Below are positions 1-15,500 of a DNA stretch of 64,000 nt, piece by piece. How positions within the stretch are numbered: position 1 is the stretch's first letter; the number at the start of each line of letters is the position of its first letter. The DNA is from the human T2T-CHM13v2.0 reference genome, Homo sapiens. The position numbers and the translations under genes were made by a program. The notes beneath the pieces were generated by a model. The model did not search any database, was not told the origin of the DNA, and was given only the letters and a program-made list of their open reading frames with translations. The stretch lies in NCBI RefSeq assembly GCF_009914755.1, contig NC_060948.1. One strand, given 5' to 3'.

Positions 1-770
1 GGAATGGAATGGAATGGAATGGGATGGAATGGTATGGAATGGTATGGAATGGATAGTAATGGACTGGAGTGAAATGGACTGGAAAGGAATGGACTCAAAT
101 TGAAAGGGCTCGAAAGGAATGGAGTCAAATGGAATGGTCTGGAATGGAATGAACACGAATGTAATGCAATCCAATACAATGGAATCGAATGGCATGGAAT
201 ATAAAGAAATGGATTCGAAGAGAATGGAAACAAATGGAATGGAATTGAATGGAATGGAATTGAATGGAATGGGAACGAATGGAGTGAAATTGTATGCAGT
301 AGAAGGGAATAGAATGGAATGCAAGCGAAAGGAAAGGAATGGATTGGAATGGAATGGAATTCATTGGAATGGAAGGGAATGTAGTGTAATGGACAGGCCT
401 GGAATAAAGTGGAATGCTACGGTCTCGAATGGAATAAAAATGTATGGAATGGAATACAAAGAAACGGAATCGAATGTCATAGAATGTAATGGAATGCAAC
501 AAAATGGAATCCAAAATCATTGACTGGAAAGGCTGGGTGTCGAAAGGAATTGACTCCAATGGAATGGAATCGAATGGAATGGAAGTGAATAGAATCGAAC
601 TAAATCGAATGGAATGGAATTGATAGGAACGGAATGGAAAGGAATGCAATGATTTGGCATGGAATGGAATCGAATGGCATCGAATGGAATGGAATGGAAT
701 GCAATGGAATGGAATGTATTAGAATGTAATGAACTTTAATGGAATGTACTCGAATGGATTCGACTGGAAT

Positions 771-785
771 GGAATGTTCTGGAAG
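771..785. promoter_or_regulatory. Perfect 3-unit heat-shock element gGAAtgTTCtgGAAg (HSE-1; recurs in every DYZ1 unit)
   Basis: Exact match to nGAAnnTTCnnGAAn. Same motif read near 4340, 7909, 11478, 15042, 18591 and onward to 54171. Function is inferred, not shown. Confidence 0.6.
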
Positions 786-1050
786 TGAATGGGCTCCAAT
801 GGAATGGATTCAAAAGGAATGGAATCGTACGGAATGGAATCTAATGGAATGGAATTAAATGGAAATGAATCAAATTGAATAGCACGGAATTGAATTGAAT
901 GGAATGGAATGCAATGGAATCTAATGAAACGGAAAGGAAAGGAATGGAATGGAATGGAATGGGCTGGAATGGAAAGGAATCGAAACGAATGGAATGGAAT
1001 CGAACTGAAGAGACTGGAATGGAATGCACTGGAATGGAAGGGAGTGTAAT

Positions 1051-1065
1051 GGAAGGTTCTCGAAA
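1051..1065. promoter_or_regulatory. Perfect 3-unit heat-shock element gGAAggTTCtcGAAa (HSE-2; recurs in every DYZ1 unit)
   Basis: Exact match to nGAAnnTTCnnGAAn, 280 bp downstream of HSE-1. Present in each unit through 54451. Confidence 0.6.
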
Positions 1066-2076
1066 AAAATGGAATCGAATGGAATGGAATTGAATGGAAC
1101 GGAATAGAGTCGAATGGAATTGAATGGAATGGAATGGACTAGAGTGAAATGGAATCAAACCACAAGGAATGGAGAGGAATAGAATGGTCTCGAATTGAAT
1201 GGAATCGTATGGAATGGCATCAAACGGAATGGAATGGACAGCCACGGAATGGAATGCACTCGAATGCAATGGAGTCGAAACTAATGGACTGGAATAGAAT
1301 GGACTCGACTGGTACGGACTCCAATGGAATGGAATCGAATGGAAGGGAATCGAACGGAATGGACTCGAAGGGAAAAGACTGCAATGGAAAGGTCTGGAAT
1401 GGAATGGAAATTAATGGAATGGAATGGAATCGAATGAAATGGAGTCAAAAGGAATGGAATCGAATGGCAAGAAATCGAATGTAATGGAATCGCAAGGAAT
1501 TGATGTGAACGGAACGGAATGGAATGGAATCCAAAGGAATGGAATAGAATGGAATGGAATCGAATGGAAAGGACTCGAATGGAAATCACTCGAATAGAAT
1601 GCAATTTAATAAAATAGGATCAAATGGAATGGAATGGAATGGAAAGGAATCGAAACGAAAGGAATGGAGACAGATGGAATGGAATGGAACAGAGAGCAAT
1701 GCTATAGAATGGAATGGAATCATCTGGAATGGAATTGAATGGAATGGAATAATATGAAATGGAATGGAATGGAATGGAATGGAATGCCCTTGAATTAAAT
1801 GGACTGCAATGGAATGGACTCCAACAGAGTGGAATGGAAAGTGTTGAGATAGAATGGAATGGACTCCTTTGGAATGGTCTAGTATGCAATGCAATCGACT
1901 GGCAGGGAATCAAAAGGAATGTAATCGAATGGATTGGACTGGAATGCAATGGACTCGAATAGATTGGAAACGGAATGCAAAGGAATGGAATGGAATAGTA
2001 TGGAATGGAATGGAAAGGAATGGAGTGGAATAGACTAGAGTGGAATGGAATGGACTGGAAAGCAATGGACTGGAAT

Positions 2077-2091
2077 GGAACTTTCTTGAAT
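2077..2091. promoter_or_regulatory. Perfect 3-unit heat-shock element gGAActTTCttGAAt (HSE-3; recurs in every DYZ1 unit)
   Basis: Exact match to nGAAnnTTCnnGAAn. Present in each unit through 55477. Confidence 0.6.
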
Positions 2092-3554
2092 GGACTGGAA
2101 TCAAACGGAATGGAATGCAATGCAATCAAATGGCATGGAATAAAATAGAATGAAAGAGAATCAAATGGAATTGAATCGAATGGAATCGAATGGATTGGAA
2201 AGGAATAGAATGGAATGGAATGGAATTGACTCAAATGGAATGGACTAGAATGGAATGGATTCGAATGGAAGGCAAAGGAATGGAATCTATTGGAATGGAC
2301 TGTAATGGAATGGAATGGAAGGGATTGGAATGGACTCGAATGGAATGGACTGCAATAGAAAGGATTCCAATGGAATGAAAAAGAATTGAATGGAATAGAA
2401 CAGAATGGAATCAAATCGAATGAAATGGAATGGAATAGAAAGGAATGGAATGAAATGGAATGGAAAGGATTCGAATGGAATGCAATCGAATGGAATGGAA
2501 TCGAACGGAATGGAATAAAATGGAAGAAAACTGGCAAGAAATGGAATCGAAATGAATGGAGTATTATGGAACGGACTCAAAAGGAATTGAATGTAATAGA
2601 ATGGAGTGGAGTGGACTCGAATATAATGGACTGGAATGGAATGAAATCACATGGAATGGGAACGAATGGAATGGAATGGAAAGGAATGGAATCGAATGGA
2701 AAGGAATCGAATGGAAGGGAATGAAATTGAATCAACAGGAATGGAAGGGAATAGAATAGACGGTAATGGAATGGACTCGAATAGAATGGACACGAATGCT
2801 CAAATTGAATGGACTCGAATGGAATGGAAACGAAAGGAATGTCATCGAATGGAATTGAATCGATTGGAATGAAATCGCATAGAATGGAGTGGAATCAAAT
2901 GGAATTGAATCGAAAGGAAAGGAAGCGAATGGACTGAAATGAAATGGAATGGAATTGAATGGAAAGTAATGCAATGGAATAGAATGGAACGAAATTTCAC
3001 GGAATGGAATCAAACTGAATGGAATCAAATCAATGGAATCTAATCAAATGGAATGGAAAGGAATTGAATGGAGTAGATTGGATTGGATGGGATTGGAATG
3101 AAATCTACTGGAAAGGACTCGAATTTCATGAAACGGAATGGAATGAATTGGAACGGAATGGACTCGAATGGAATGGAATGTCATGGAATGGCATCAAATG
3201 GAATGGCATCAAATGGAATGGAATCGAATGCAATGGAATGTTATGGAATGGAATGGAATGCATTGGAATGGAATGTCCTCTAATGGAATGGATTCGAGTG
3301 GAATGGAATCGAATATAATGGAGTCGAATGAAATGGAATTGAAAGGAATGGGATCGAATAGAATGGAATATACTGGAATGTAATGTAATGAACTCGAATG
3401 TAATTGACTGGAATGGAATGTACATGAATGGAAGGTAATCGAATGGAAAGTAATCCAATGGAATAGAATCTAATGCAATAAAACCGACTCAGATAGAGTA
3501 GAATGTAATGGAATGGAGTGCAGTGCAATGGAATGGAATGGAATTGAATGCAAT

Positions 3555-3599
3555 GGAATGGAATGGAATGGAATGGAATGGAATGGAATGGAATGGAAT
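3555..3599 (+). repeat. Pure (GGAAT)9 tract; copy-number-variable site present in each DYZ1 unit
   Basis: Nine uninterrupted GGAAT here and seven in the equivalent tract near 39190-39224. Confidence 0.9.
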
Positions 3600-6500
3600 G
3601 GGATGGAATGGTATGGAATGGATAGAAATGGACTGGAGTGAAATGGACTGGAAAGGAATGGACTCAAATTGAAAGGGCTCGAAAGGAATGGAGTCAAATG
3701 GAATGGTCTGGAATGGAATGAACACGAATGTAATGCAATCCAATAGAATGGAATCGAATGGCATGGAATATAAAGAAATGGATACGAAGAGAATGGAAAC
3801 AAATGGAATGGAATTGAATGGAATGGAATTGAATGGAATGGGAACGAATGGAGTGAAATTGTATGCAGTAGAAGGGAATAGAATGGAATGCAAGCGAAAG
3901 GAAAGGAATGGATTGGAATGGAATGGAATTCATTGGAATGGAAGGGAATGTAGTGTAATGGACAGGCCTGGAATAAAGTGGAATGCTACGGTCTCGAATG
4001 GAATAAAAATGTATGGAATGGAATGCAATGAAACGGAATCGAATGTCATAGAATGTAATGGAATGCAACAAAATGGAATCCAAAATCATTGACTGGAAAG
4101 GCTGGGTGTCGAAAGGAATTGACTCCAATGGAATGGAATCGAATGGAATGGAAGTGAATAGAATCGAACTAAATCGAATGGAATGGAATTGATAGGAACG
4201 GAATGGAAAGGAATGCAATGATTTGGCATGGAATGGAATCGAATGGCATCGAATGGAATGGAATGGAATGCAATGGAATGGAATGTATTAGAATGTAATG
4301 AACTTTAATGGAATGTACTCGAATGGATTCGACTGGAATGGAATGTTCTGGAAGTGAATGGACTCCAATGGAATGGATTCAAAAGGAATGGAATCGTACG
4401 GAATGGAATCTAATGGAATGGAATTAAATGGAAATGAATCAAATTGAATAGCACGGAATTGAATTGAATGGAATGGAATGCAATGGAATCTAATGAAACG
4501 GAAAGGAAAGGAATGGAATGGAATGGAATGGGCTGGAATGGAAAGGAATCGAAACGAATGGAATGGAATCGAACTGAAGAGACTGGAATGGAATGCACTG
4601 GAATGGAAGGGAGTGTAATGGAAGGTTCTCGAAAAAAATGGAATCGAATGGAATGGAATTGAATGGAACGGAATAGAGTCGAATGGAATTGAATGGAATG
4701 GAATGGACTAGAGTGAAATGGAATCGAACCACAAGGAATGGAGAGGAATAGAATGGTCTCGAATTGAATGGAATCATATGGAATGGCATCAAACGGAATG
4801 GAATGGACAGCCACGGAATGGAATGCACTCGAATGCAATGGAGTCGAAACTAATGGACTGGAATAGAATGGACTCGACTGGTACGGACTCCAATGGAATG
4901 GAATCGAATGGAAGGGAATCGAACGGAATGGACTCGAAGGGAAAAGACTGCAATGGAAAGGTCTCGAATGGAATGGAAATTAATGGAATGGAATGGAATC
5001 GAATGAAATGGAGTCAAAAGGAATGGAATCGAATGGCAAGAAATCGAATGTAATGGAATCGCAAGGAATTGATGTGAACGGAACGGAATGGAATGGAATC
5101 CAAAGGAATGGAATAGAATGGAATGGAATCGAATGGAAAGGACTCGAATGGAAATCACTCGAATAGAATGCAATTTAATAAAATAGGATCAAATATAATG
5201 GAATGGAATGGAAAGGAATCGAAACGAAAGGAATGGAGACAGATGGAATGGAATAGAACAGAGAGCAATGGTATAGAATGGAATGGAATCATCTGGAATG
5301 GAATTGAATGGAATGGAATAATATGAAATGGAATGGAATGGAATGGAATGGAATGCCCTTGAATTAAATGGACTGGAATGGAAAGGACTCGAACAGAGTG
5401 GAATGGAAAGTGTTGAGATAGAATGGAATGGACTCCTTTGGAATGGTGTAGTATGCAATGCAATCGACTGGCAGGGAATCAAAAGGAATGTAATCGAATG
5501 GATTGGACTGGAATGCAATGGACTCGAATAGATTGCAAACAGAATGCAAAGGAATGGAATGGAATAGTATGGAATGGAATGGAAAGGAATGGAGTGGAAT
5601 AGACTAGAGTGGAATGGAATGGACTGGAAAGCAATGGACTGGAATGGAACTTTCTTGAATGGACTGGAATCAAACGGAATGGAATGCAATGCAATCAAAT
5701 GGCATGGAATAAAATAGAATGAAAGAGAATCAAATGGAATTGAATCGAATGGAATCGAATGGATTGGAAAGGAATAGAATGGAATGGAATGGAATTGACT
5801 CAAATGGAATGGACTAGAATGGAATGGATTCGAATGGAAGGCAAAGGAATGGAATCTATTGGAATGGACTGTAATGGAATGGAATGGAAGGGATTGGAAT
5901 GGACTCGAATGGAATGGACTGCAATAGAAAGGATTCGAATGGAATGAAAAAGAATTGAATGGAATAGAACAGAATGGAATCTAATCGAATGAAATGGAAT
6001 GGAATAGAAAGGAATGGAATGAAATGGAATGGAAAGGATTCGAATGGAATGCAATCGAATGGAATGGAATCGAACGGAATGGAATAAAATGGAAGAAAAC
6101 TGGCAAGAAATGGAATCGAAATGAATGGAGTGTTATGGAACGGACTCAAAAGGAATTGAATGTAATAGAATGGAGTGGAGTGGACTCGAATATAATGGAC
6201 TGGAATGGAATGAAATCACATGGAATGGGAACGAATGGAATGGAATGGAAAGGAATGGAATCGAATGGAAAGGAATCGAATGGAAGGGAATGAAATTGAA
6301 TCAACAGGAATGGAAGGGAATAGAATAGACGGTAATGGAATGGACTCGAATAGAATGGACACGAATGCTCAAATTGAATGGACTCGAATGGAATGGAAAC
6401 GAAAGGAATGTCATCGAATGGAATTGAATCGATTGGAATGAAATCGCATAGAATGGAGTGGAATCAAATGGAATTGAATCGAAAGGAAAGGAAGCGAATG

Positions 6501-9500
6501 GACTGAAATGAAATGGAATGGAATTGAATGGAAAGTAATGCAATGGAATAGAATGGAACGAAATTTCACGGAATGGAATCAAACTGAATGGAATCAAATC
6601 AATGGAATCAAATCAAATGGAATGGAAAGGAATTGAATGGAGTAGATTGGATTGGATGGGATTGGAATGAAATGTACTGGAAAGGACTCGAATTTCATGA
6701 AACGGAATGGAATGAATTGGAACGGAATGGACTCGAATGGAATGGAATGTCATGGAATGGCATCAAATGGAATGGCATCAAATGGAATGGAATCAAATGC
6801 AATGGAATGCTATGGAATGGAATGGAATGCATTGGAATGGAATGTCCTCTAATGGAATGGATTCGAGTGGAATGGAATCGAATATAATGGAGTCGAATGA
6901 AATGGAATTGAAAGGAATGGGATCGAATACAATGGAATATACTGGAATGTAATGTAATGAACTCGAATGTAATTGACTGGAATGGAATGTACATGAATGG
7001 AATGTAATCGAATGGAAAGTAATCCAATGGAATAGAATCTAATGCAATAAAATCGACTCAGATAGAGTAGAATGTAATGGAATGGAGTGCAGTGAAATGG
7101 AATGGAATGGAATGGAATGCAATGGAATGGAATGGAATGGAATGGAATGGAATGGAATGGAATGGAATGGGATGGAATGGTATGGAATGGATAGTAATGG
7201 ACTGGAGTGAAATGGACTGGAAAGGAATGGACTCAAATTGAAAGGGCTCGAAAGGAATGGAGTCAAATGGAATGGTCTGGAATGGAATGAACACGAATGT
7301 AATGCAATCCAATAGAATGGAATCGAATGGCATGGAATATAAAGAAATGGATTCGAAGAGAATGGAAACAAATGGAATGGAATTGAATGGAATGGAATTG
7401 AATGGAATGGGAACGAATGGAGTGAAATTGTATGCAGTAGAAGGGAATAGAATGGAATGCAAGCGAAAGGAAAGGAATGGATTGGAATGGAATGGAATTC
7501 ATTGGAATGGAAGGGAATGTAGTGTAATGGACAGGCCTGGAATAAAGTGGAATGCTACGGTCTCGAATGGAATAAAAATGTATGGAATGGAATACAAAGA
7601 AACGGAATCGAATGTCATAGAATGTAATGGAATGCAACAAAATGGAATCCAAAATCATTGACTGGAAAGGCTGGGTGTCGAAAGGAATTGACTCCAATGG
7701 AATGGAATCGAATGGAATGGAAGTGAATAGAATCGAACTAAATCGAATGGAATGGAATTGATAGGAACGGAATGGAAAGGAATGCAATGATTTGGCATGG
7801 AATGGAATCGAATGGCATCGAATGGAATGGAATGGAATGCAATGGAATGGAATGTATTAGAATGTAATGAACTTTAATGGAATGTACTCGAATGGATTCG
7901 ACTGGAATGGAATGTTCTGGAAGTGAATGGACTCCAATGGAATGGATTCAAAAGGAATGGAATCGTACGGAATGGAATCTAATGGAATGGAATTAAATGG
8001 AAATGAATCAAATTGAATAGCACGGAATTGAATTGAATGGAATGGAATGCAATGGAATCTAATGAAACGGAAAGGAAAGGAATGGAATGGAATGGAATGG
8101 GCTGGAATGGAAAGGAATCGAAACGAATGGAATGGAATCGAACTGAAGAGACTGGAATGGAATGCACTGGAATGGAAGGGAGTGTAATGGAAGGTTCTCG
8201 AAAAAAATGGAATCGAATGGAATGGAATTGAATGGAACGGAATAGAGTCGAATGGAATTGAATGGAATGGAATGGACTAGAGTGAAATGGAATCAAACCA
8301 CAAGGAATGGAGAGGAATAGAATGGTCTCGAATTGAATGGAATCGTATGGAATGGCATCAAACGGAATGGAATGGACAGCCACGGAATGGAATGCACTCG
8401 AATGCAATGGAGTCGAAACTAATGGACTGGAATAGAATGGACTCGACTGGTACGGACTCCAATGGAATGGAATCGAATGGAAGGGAATCGAACGGAATGG
8501 ACTCGAAGGGAAAAGACTGCAATGGAAAGGTCTCGAATGGAATGGAAATTAATGGAATGGAATGGAATCGAATGAAATGGAGTCAAAAGGAATGGAATCG
8601 AATGGCAAGAAATCGAATGTAATGGAATCGCAAGGAATTGATGTGAACGGAACGGAATGGAATGGAATCCAAAGGAATGGAATAGAATGGAATGGAATCG
8701 AATGGAAAGGACTCGAATGGAAATCACTCGAATAGAATGCAATTTAATAAAATAGGATCAAATGTAATGGAATGGAATGGAAAGGAATCGAAACGAAAGG
8801 AATGGAGACAGATGGAATGGAATAGAACAGAGAGCAATGGTATGGAATGGAATGGAATCATCTGGAATGGAATTGAATGGAATGGAATAATATGAAATGG
8901 AATGGAATGGAATGGAATGGAATGGAATGCCCTTGAATTAAATGGACTGGAATGGAATGGACTCGAACAGAGTGGAATGGAAAGTGTTGAGATAGAATGG
9001 AATGGACTCCTTTGGAATGGTGTAGTATGCAATGCAATCGACTGGCAGGGAATCAAAAGGAATGTAATGGAATTGACTGGACTGGAATGCAATGGACTCG
9101 AATAGATTGGAAACGGAATGCAAAGAAATGGAATGGAATAGTATGGAATGGAATGGAAAGGAATGGAGTGGAATAGACTACAGTGGAATGGAATGGACTG
9201 GAAAGCAATGGACTGGAATGGAACTTTCTTGAATGGACTGGAATCAAACGGAATGGAATGCAATGCAATCAAATGGCATGGAATAAAATAGAATGAAAGA
9301 GAATCAAATGGAATTGAATCGAATGGAATCGAATGGATTGGAAAGGAATAGAATGGAATGGAATGGAATTGACTCAAATGGAATGGACTAGAATGGAATG
9401 GATTCGAATGGAAGGCAAAGGAATGGAATCTATTGGAATGGACTGTAATGGAATGGAATGGAAGGGATTGGAATGGACTCGAATGGAATGGACTGCAATA

Positions 9501-12500
9501 GAAAGGATTCGAATGGAATGAAAAAGAATTGAATGGAATAGAACAGAATGGAATCAAATCGAATGAAATGGAATGGAATAGAAAGGAATGGAATGAAATG
9601 GAATGGAAAGGATTCGAATGGAATGCAATCGAATGGAATGGAATCGAACGGAATGGAATAAAATGGAAGAAAACTGGCAAGAAATGGAATCGAAATGAAT
9701 GGAGTGTTATGGAACGGACTCAAAAGGAATTGAATGTAATAGAATGGAGTGGAGTGGACTCGAATATAATGGACTGGAATGGAATGAAATCACATGGAAT
9801 GGGAACGAATGGAATGGAATGGAAAGGAATGGAATCGAATGGAAAGGAATCGAATGGAAGGGAATGAAATTGAATCAACAGGAATGGAAGGGAATAGAAT
9901 AGACGGTAATGGAATGGACTCGAATAGAATGGACACGAATGCTCAAATTGAATGGACTCGAATGGAATGGAAACGAAAGGAATGTCATCGAATGGAATTG
10001 AATCGATTGGAATGAAATCGCATAGAATGGAGTGGAATCAAATGGAATTGAATCGAAAGGAAAGGAAGCGAATGGACTGAAATGAAATGGAATGGAATTG
10101 AATGGAAAGTAATGCAATGGAATAGAATGGAACGAAATTTCACGGAATGGAATCAAACTGAATGGAATCAAATCAATGGAATCAAATCAAATGGAATGGA
10201 AAGGAATTGAATGGAGTAGATTGGATTGGATGGGATTGGAATGAAATGTACTGGAAAGGACTCGAATTTCATGAAACGGAATGGAATGAATTGGAACGGA
10301 ATGGACTCGAATGGAATGGAATGTCATGGAATGGCATCAAATGGAATGGCATCAAATGGAATGGAATCGAATGCAATGGAATGCTATGGAATGGAATGGA
10401 ATGCATTGGAATGGAATGTCCTCTAATGGAATGGATTCGAGTGGAATGGAATCGAATATAATGGAGTCGAATGAAATGGAATTGAAAGGAATGGGATCGA
10501 ATACAATGGAATATACTGGAATGTAATGTAATGAACTCGAATGTAATTGACTGGAATGGAATGTACATGAATGGAATGTAATCGAATGGAAAGTAATCCA
10601 ATGGAATAGAATCTAATGCAATAAAATCGACTCAGATAGAGTAGAATGTAATGGAATGGAGTGCAGTGCAATGGAATGGAATGGAATGGAATGCAATTGA
10701 ATGGAATGGAATGGAATGGAATGGAATGGAATGGAATGGGATGGAATGGTATGGAATGGATAGTAATGGACTGGAGTGAAATGGACTGGAAAGGAATGGA
10801 CTCAAATTGAAAGGGCTCGAAAGGAATGGAGTCAAATGGAATGGTCTGGAATGGAATGAACACGAATGTAATGCAATCCAATAGAATGGAATCGAATGGC
10901 ATGGAATATAAAGAAATGGAATCGGAGAGAATGGAAACAAATGGAATGGAATTGAATGGAATGGAATTGAATGGAATGGGAACGAATGGAGTGAAATTGT
11001 ATGCAGTAGAAGGGAATAGAATGGAATGCAAGCGAAAGGAAAGGAATGGATTGGAATGGAATGGAATTCATTGGAATGGAAGGGAATGTAGTGTAATGGA
11101 CAGGCCTGGAATAAAGTGGAATGCTACGGTCTCGAATGGAATAAAAATGTATGGAATGGAATGCAATGAAATGGAATCGAATGTCATAGAATGAAATGGA
11201 ATGCAACAAAATGGAATCCAAAATCATTGACTGGAAAGGCTGGGTGTCGAAAGGAATTGACTCCAATGGAATGGAATCGAATGGAATGGAAGTGAATAGA
11301 ATCGAACTAAATCGAATGGAATGGAATTGATAGGAACGGAATGGAAAGGAATGCAATGATTTGGCATGGAATGGAATCGAATGGCATCGAATGGAATGGA
11401 ATGGAATGCAATGGAATGGAATGTATTAGAATGTAATGAACTTTAATGGAATGTACTCGAATGGATTCGACTGGAATGGAATGTTCTGGAAGTGAATGGA
11501 CTCCAATGGAATGGATTCCAAAGGAATGGAATCGTACGGAATGGAATCTAATGGAATGGAATTAAATGGAAATGAATCAAATTGAATAGCACGGAATTGA
11601 ATTGAATGGAATGGAATGCAATGGAATCTAATGAAACGGAAAGGAAAGGAATGGAATGGAATGGAATGGGCTGGAATGGAAAGGAATCGAAACGAATGGA
11701 ATGGAATCGAACTGAAGAGACTGGAATGGAATGCACTGGAATGGAAGGGAGTGTAATGGAAGGTTCTCGAAAAAAATGGAATCGAATGGAATGGAATTGA
11801 ATGGAACGGAATAGAGTCGAATGGAATTGAATGGAATGGAATGGACTAGAGTGAAATGGAATCGAACCACAAGGAATGGACAGGAATAGAATGGTCTCGA
11901 ATTGAATGGAATCGTATGGAATCGCATCAAACGGAATGGAATGGACAGCCACGGAATGGAATGCACTCGAATGCAATGGAGTCGAAACTAATGGACTGGA
12001 ATAGAATGGACTCGACTGGTACGGACTCCAATGGAATGGAATCGAATGGAAGGGAATCGAACGGAATGGACTCGAAGGGAAAAGACTGCAATGGAAAGGT
12101 CTCGAATGGAATGGAAATTAATGGAATGGAATGGAATCGAATGAAATGGAGTCAAAAGGAATGGAATCGAATGGCAAGAAATCGAATGTAATGGAATCGC
12201 AAGGAATTGATGTGAACGGAACGGAATGGAATGGAATCCAAAGGAATGGAATAGAATGGAATGGAATCGAATGGAAAGGACTCGAATGGAAATCACTCGA
12301 ATAGAATGCAATTTAATAAAATAGGATCAAATGTAATGGAATGGAATGGAAAGGAATCGAAACGAAAGGAATGGAGACAGATGGAATGGAATGGAACAGA
12401 GAGCAATGGTATAGAATGGAATGGAATCATCTGGAATGGAATTGAATGGAATGGAATAATATGAAATGGAATGGAATGGAATGGAATGGAATGGAATGCC

Positions 12501-15500
12501 CTTGAATTAAATGGACTGGAATGGAATGGACTCGAACAGAGTGGAATGGAAAGTGTTGAGATAGAATGGAATGGACTCCTTTGGAATGGTGTAGTATGCA
12601 ATGCAATCGACTGGCAGGGAATCAAAAGGAATGTAATGGAATGGACTGGACTGGAATGCAATGGACTCGAATAGATTGGAAACGGAATGCAAAGAAATGG
12701 AATGGAATAGTATGGAATGGAATGGAAAGGAATGGAGTGGAATAGACTAGAGTGGAATGGAATGGACTGGAAAGCAATGGACTGGAATGGAACTTTCTTG
12801 AATGGACTGGAATCAAACGGAATGGAATGCAATGCAATCAAATGGCATGGAATAAAATAGAATGAAAGAGAATCAAATGGAATTGAATCGAATGGAATCG
12901 AATGGATTGGAAAGGAATAGAATGGAATGGAATGGAATTGACTCAAATGGAATGGACTAGAATGGAATGGATTCGAATGGAAGGCAAAGGAATGGAATCT
13001 ATTGGAATGGACTGTAATGGAATGGAATGGAAGGGATTGGAATGGACTCGAATGGAATGGACTGCAATAGAAAGGATTCGAATGGAATGAAAAAGAATTG
13101 AATGGAATAGAACAGAATGGAATCAAATCGAATGAAATGGAATGGAATAGAAAGGAATGGAATGAAATGGAATGGAAAGGATTCGAATGGAATGCAATCG
13201 AATGGAATGGAATCGAACGGAATGGAATAAAATGGAAGAAAACTGGCAAGAAATGGAATCGAAATGAATGGAGTGTTATGGAACGGACTCAAAAGGAATT
13301 GAATGTAATAGAATGGAGTGGAGTGGACTCGAATATAATGGACTGGAATGGAATGAAATCACATGGAATGGGAACGAATGGAATGGAATGGAAAGGAATG
13401 GAATCGAATGGAAAGGAATCGAATGGAAGGGAATGAAATTGAATCAACAGGAATGGAAGGGAATAGAATAGACGGTAATGGAATGGACTCGAATAGAATG
13501 GACACGAATGCTCAAATTGAATGGACTCGAATGGAATGGAAACGAAAGGAATGTCATCGAATGGAATTGAATCGATTGCAATGAAATCGCATAGAATGGA
13601 GTGGAATCAAATGGAATTGAATCGAAAGGAAAGGAAGCGAATGGACTGAAATGAAATGGAATGGAATTGAATGGAAAGTAATGCAATGGAATAGAATGGA
13701 ACGAAATTTCACAGAATGGAATCAAACTGAATGGAATCAAACCAATGGAAACAAATCAAATGGAATGGAAAGGAATTGAATGGAGTAGATTGGATTGGAT
13801 GGGATTGGAATGAAATGTACTGGAAAGGACTCGAATTTCATGAAACGGAATGGAATGAATTGGAACGGAATGGACTCGAATGGAATGGAATGTCATGGAA
13901 TGGCATCAAATGGAATGGCATCAAATGGAATAGAATCGAATGCAATGGAATGCTATGGAATGGAATGGAATGCATTGGAATGGAATGTCCTCTAATGGAA
14001 TGGATTCGAGTGGAATGGAATCGAATATAATGGAGTCGAATGAAATGGAATTGAAAGGAATGGAATCGAATACAATGGAATATACTGGAATGTAATGTAA
14101 TGAACTCGAATGTAATTGACTGGAATGGAATGTACATGAATGGAATGTAATCGAATGGAAAGTAATCCAATGGAATAGAATCTAATGCAATAAAATCGAC
14201 TCAGATAGAGTAGAATGTAATGGAATGGAGTGCAGTGCAATGGAATGGAATGGAATGGAATGCAATTGAACGGAATGGAATGGAATGGAATGGAATGGAA
14301 TGGGATGGAATGGTATGGAATGGATAGTAATGGACTGGAGTGAAATGGACTGGAAAGGAATGGACTCAAATTGAAAGGGCTCGAAAGGAATGGAGTCAAA
14401 TGGAATGGTCTGGAATGGAATGAACACGAATGTAATGCAATCCAATAGAATGGAATCGAATGGCATGGAATATAAAGAAATGGAATCGGAGAGAATGGAA
14501 ACAAATGGAATGGAATTGAATGGAATGGAATTGAATGGAATGGGAACGAATGGAGTGAAATTGTATGCAGTAGAAGGGAAAAGAATGGAATGCAAGCGAA
14601 AGGAAAGGAATGGATTGGAATGGAATGGAATTCATTGGAATGGAAGGGAATGTAGTGTAATGGACAGGCCTGGAATAAAGTGGAATGCTACGGTCTCGAA
14701 TGGAATAAAAATGTATGGAATGGAATGCAATGAAATGGAATCGAATGTCATAGAATGTAATGGAATGCAACAAAATGGAATCCAAAATCATTGACTGGAA
14801 AGGCTGGGTGTCGAAAGGAATTGACTCCAATGGAATGGAATCGAATGGAATGGAAGTGAATAGAATCGAACTAAATCGAATGGAATGGAATTGATAGGAA
14901 CGGAATGGAAAGGAATGCAATGATTTGGCATGGAATGGAATCGAATGGCATCGAATGGAATGGAATGGAATGCAATGGAATGGAATGTATTAGAATGTAA
15001 TGAACTTTAATGGAATGTACTCGAATGGATTCGACTGGAATGGAATGTTCTGGAAGTGAATGGACTCCAATGGAATAGATTCCAAAGGAATGGAATCGTA
15101 CGGAATGGAATCTAATGGAATGGAATTAAATGGAAATGAATCAAATTGAATAGCACGGAATTGAATTGAATGGAATGGAATGCAATGGAATCTAATGAAA
15201 CGGAAAGGAAAGGAATGGAATGGAATGGAATGGGCTGGAATGGAAAGGAATCGAAACGAATGGAATGGAATCGAACTGAAGAGACTGGAATGGAATGCAC
15301 TGGAATGGAAGGGAGTGTAATGGAAGGTTCTCGAAAAAAATGGAATCGAATGGAATGGAATTGAATGGAACGGAATAGAGTCGAATGGAATTGAATGGAA
15401 TGGAATGGACTAGAGTGATATGGAATCGAACCACAAGGAATGGAGAGGAATAGAATGGTCTCGAATTGAATGGAATCGAATGGAGTGGCATCAAACGGAA

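Noticed and set aside
3035-3085. DUX4-like motifs (gaatctaatca, agattggattg)
   Set aside because: They mismatch the TAAYYYAATCA consensus, and the best variant is present in only a few units.
2990-3133. Additional HSE-like motifs cGAAatTTCacGGA and gaatttcatgaa
   Set aside because: The first has a mismatched third unit and the second has wrong spacing. They are not counted as perfect HSEs.
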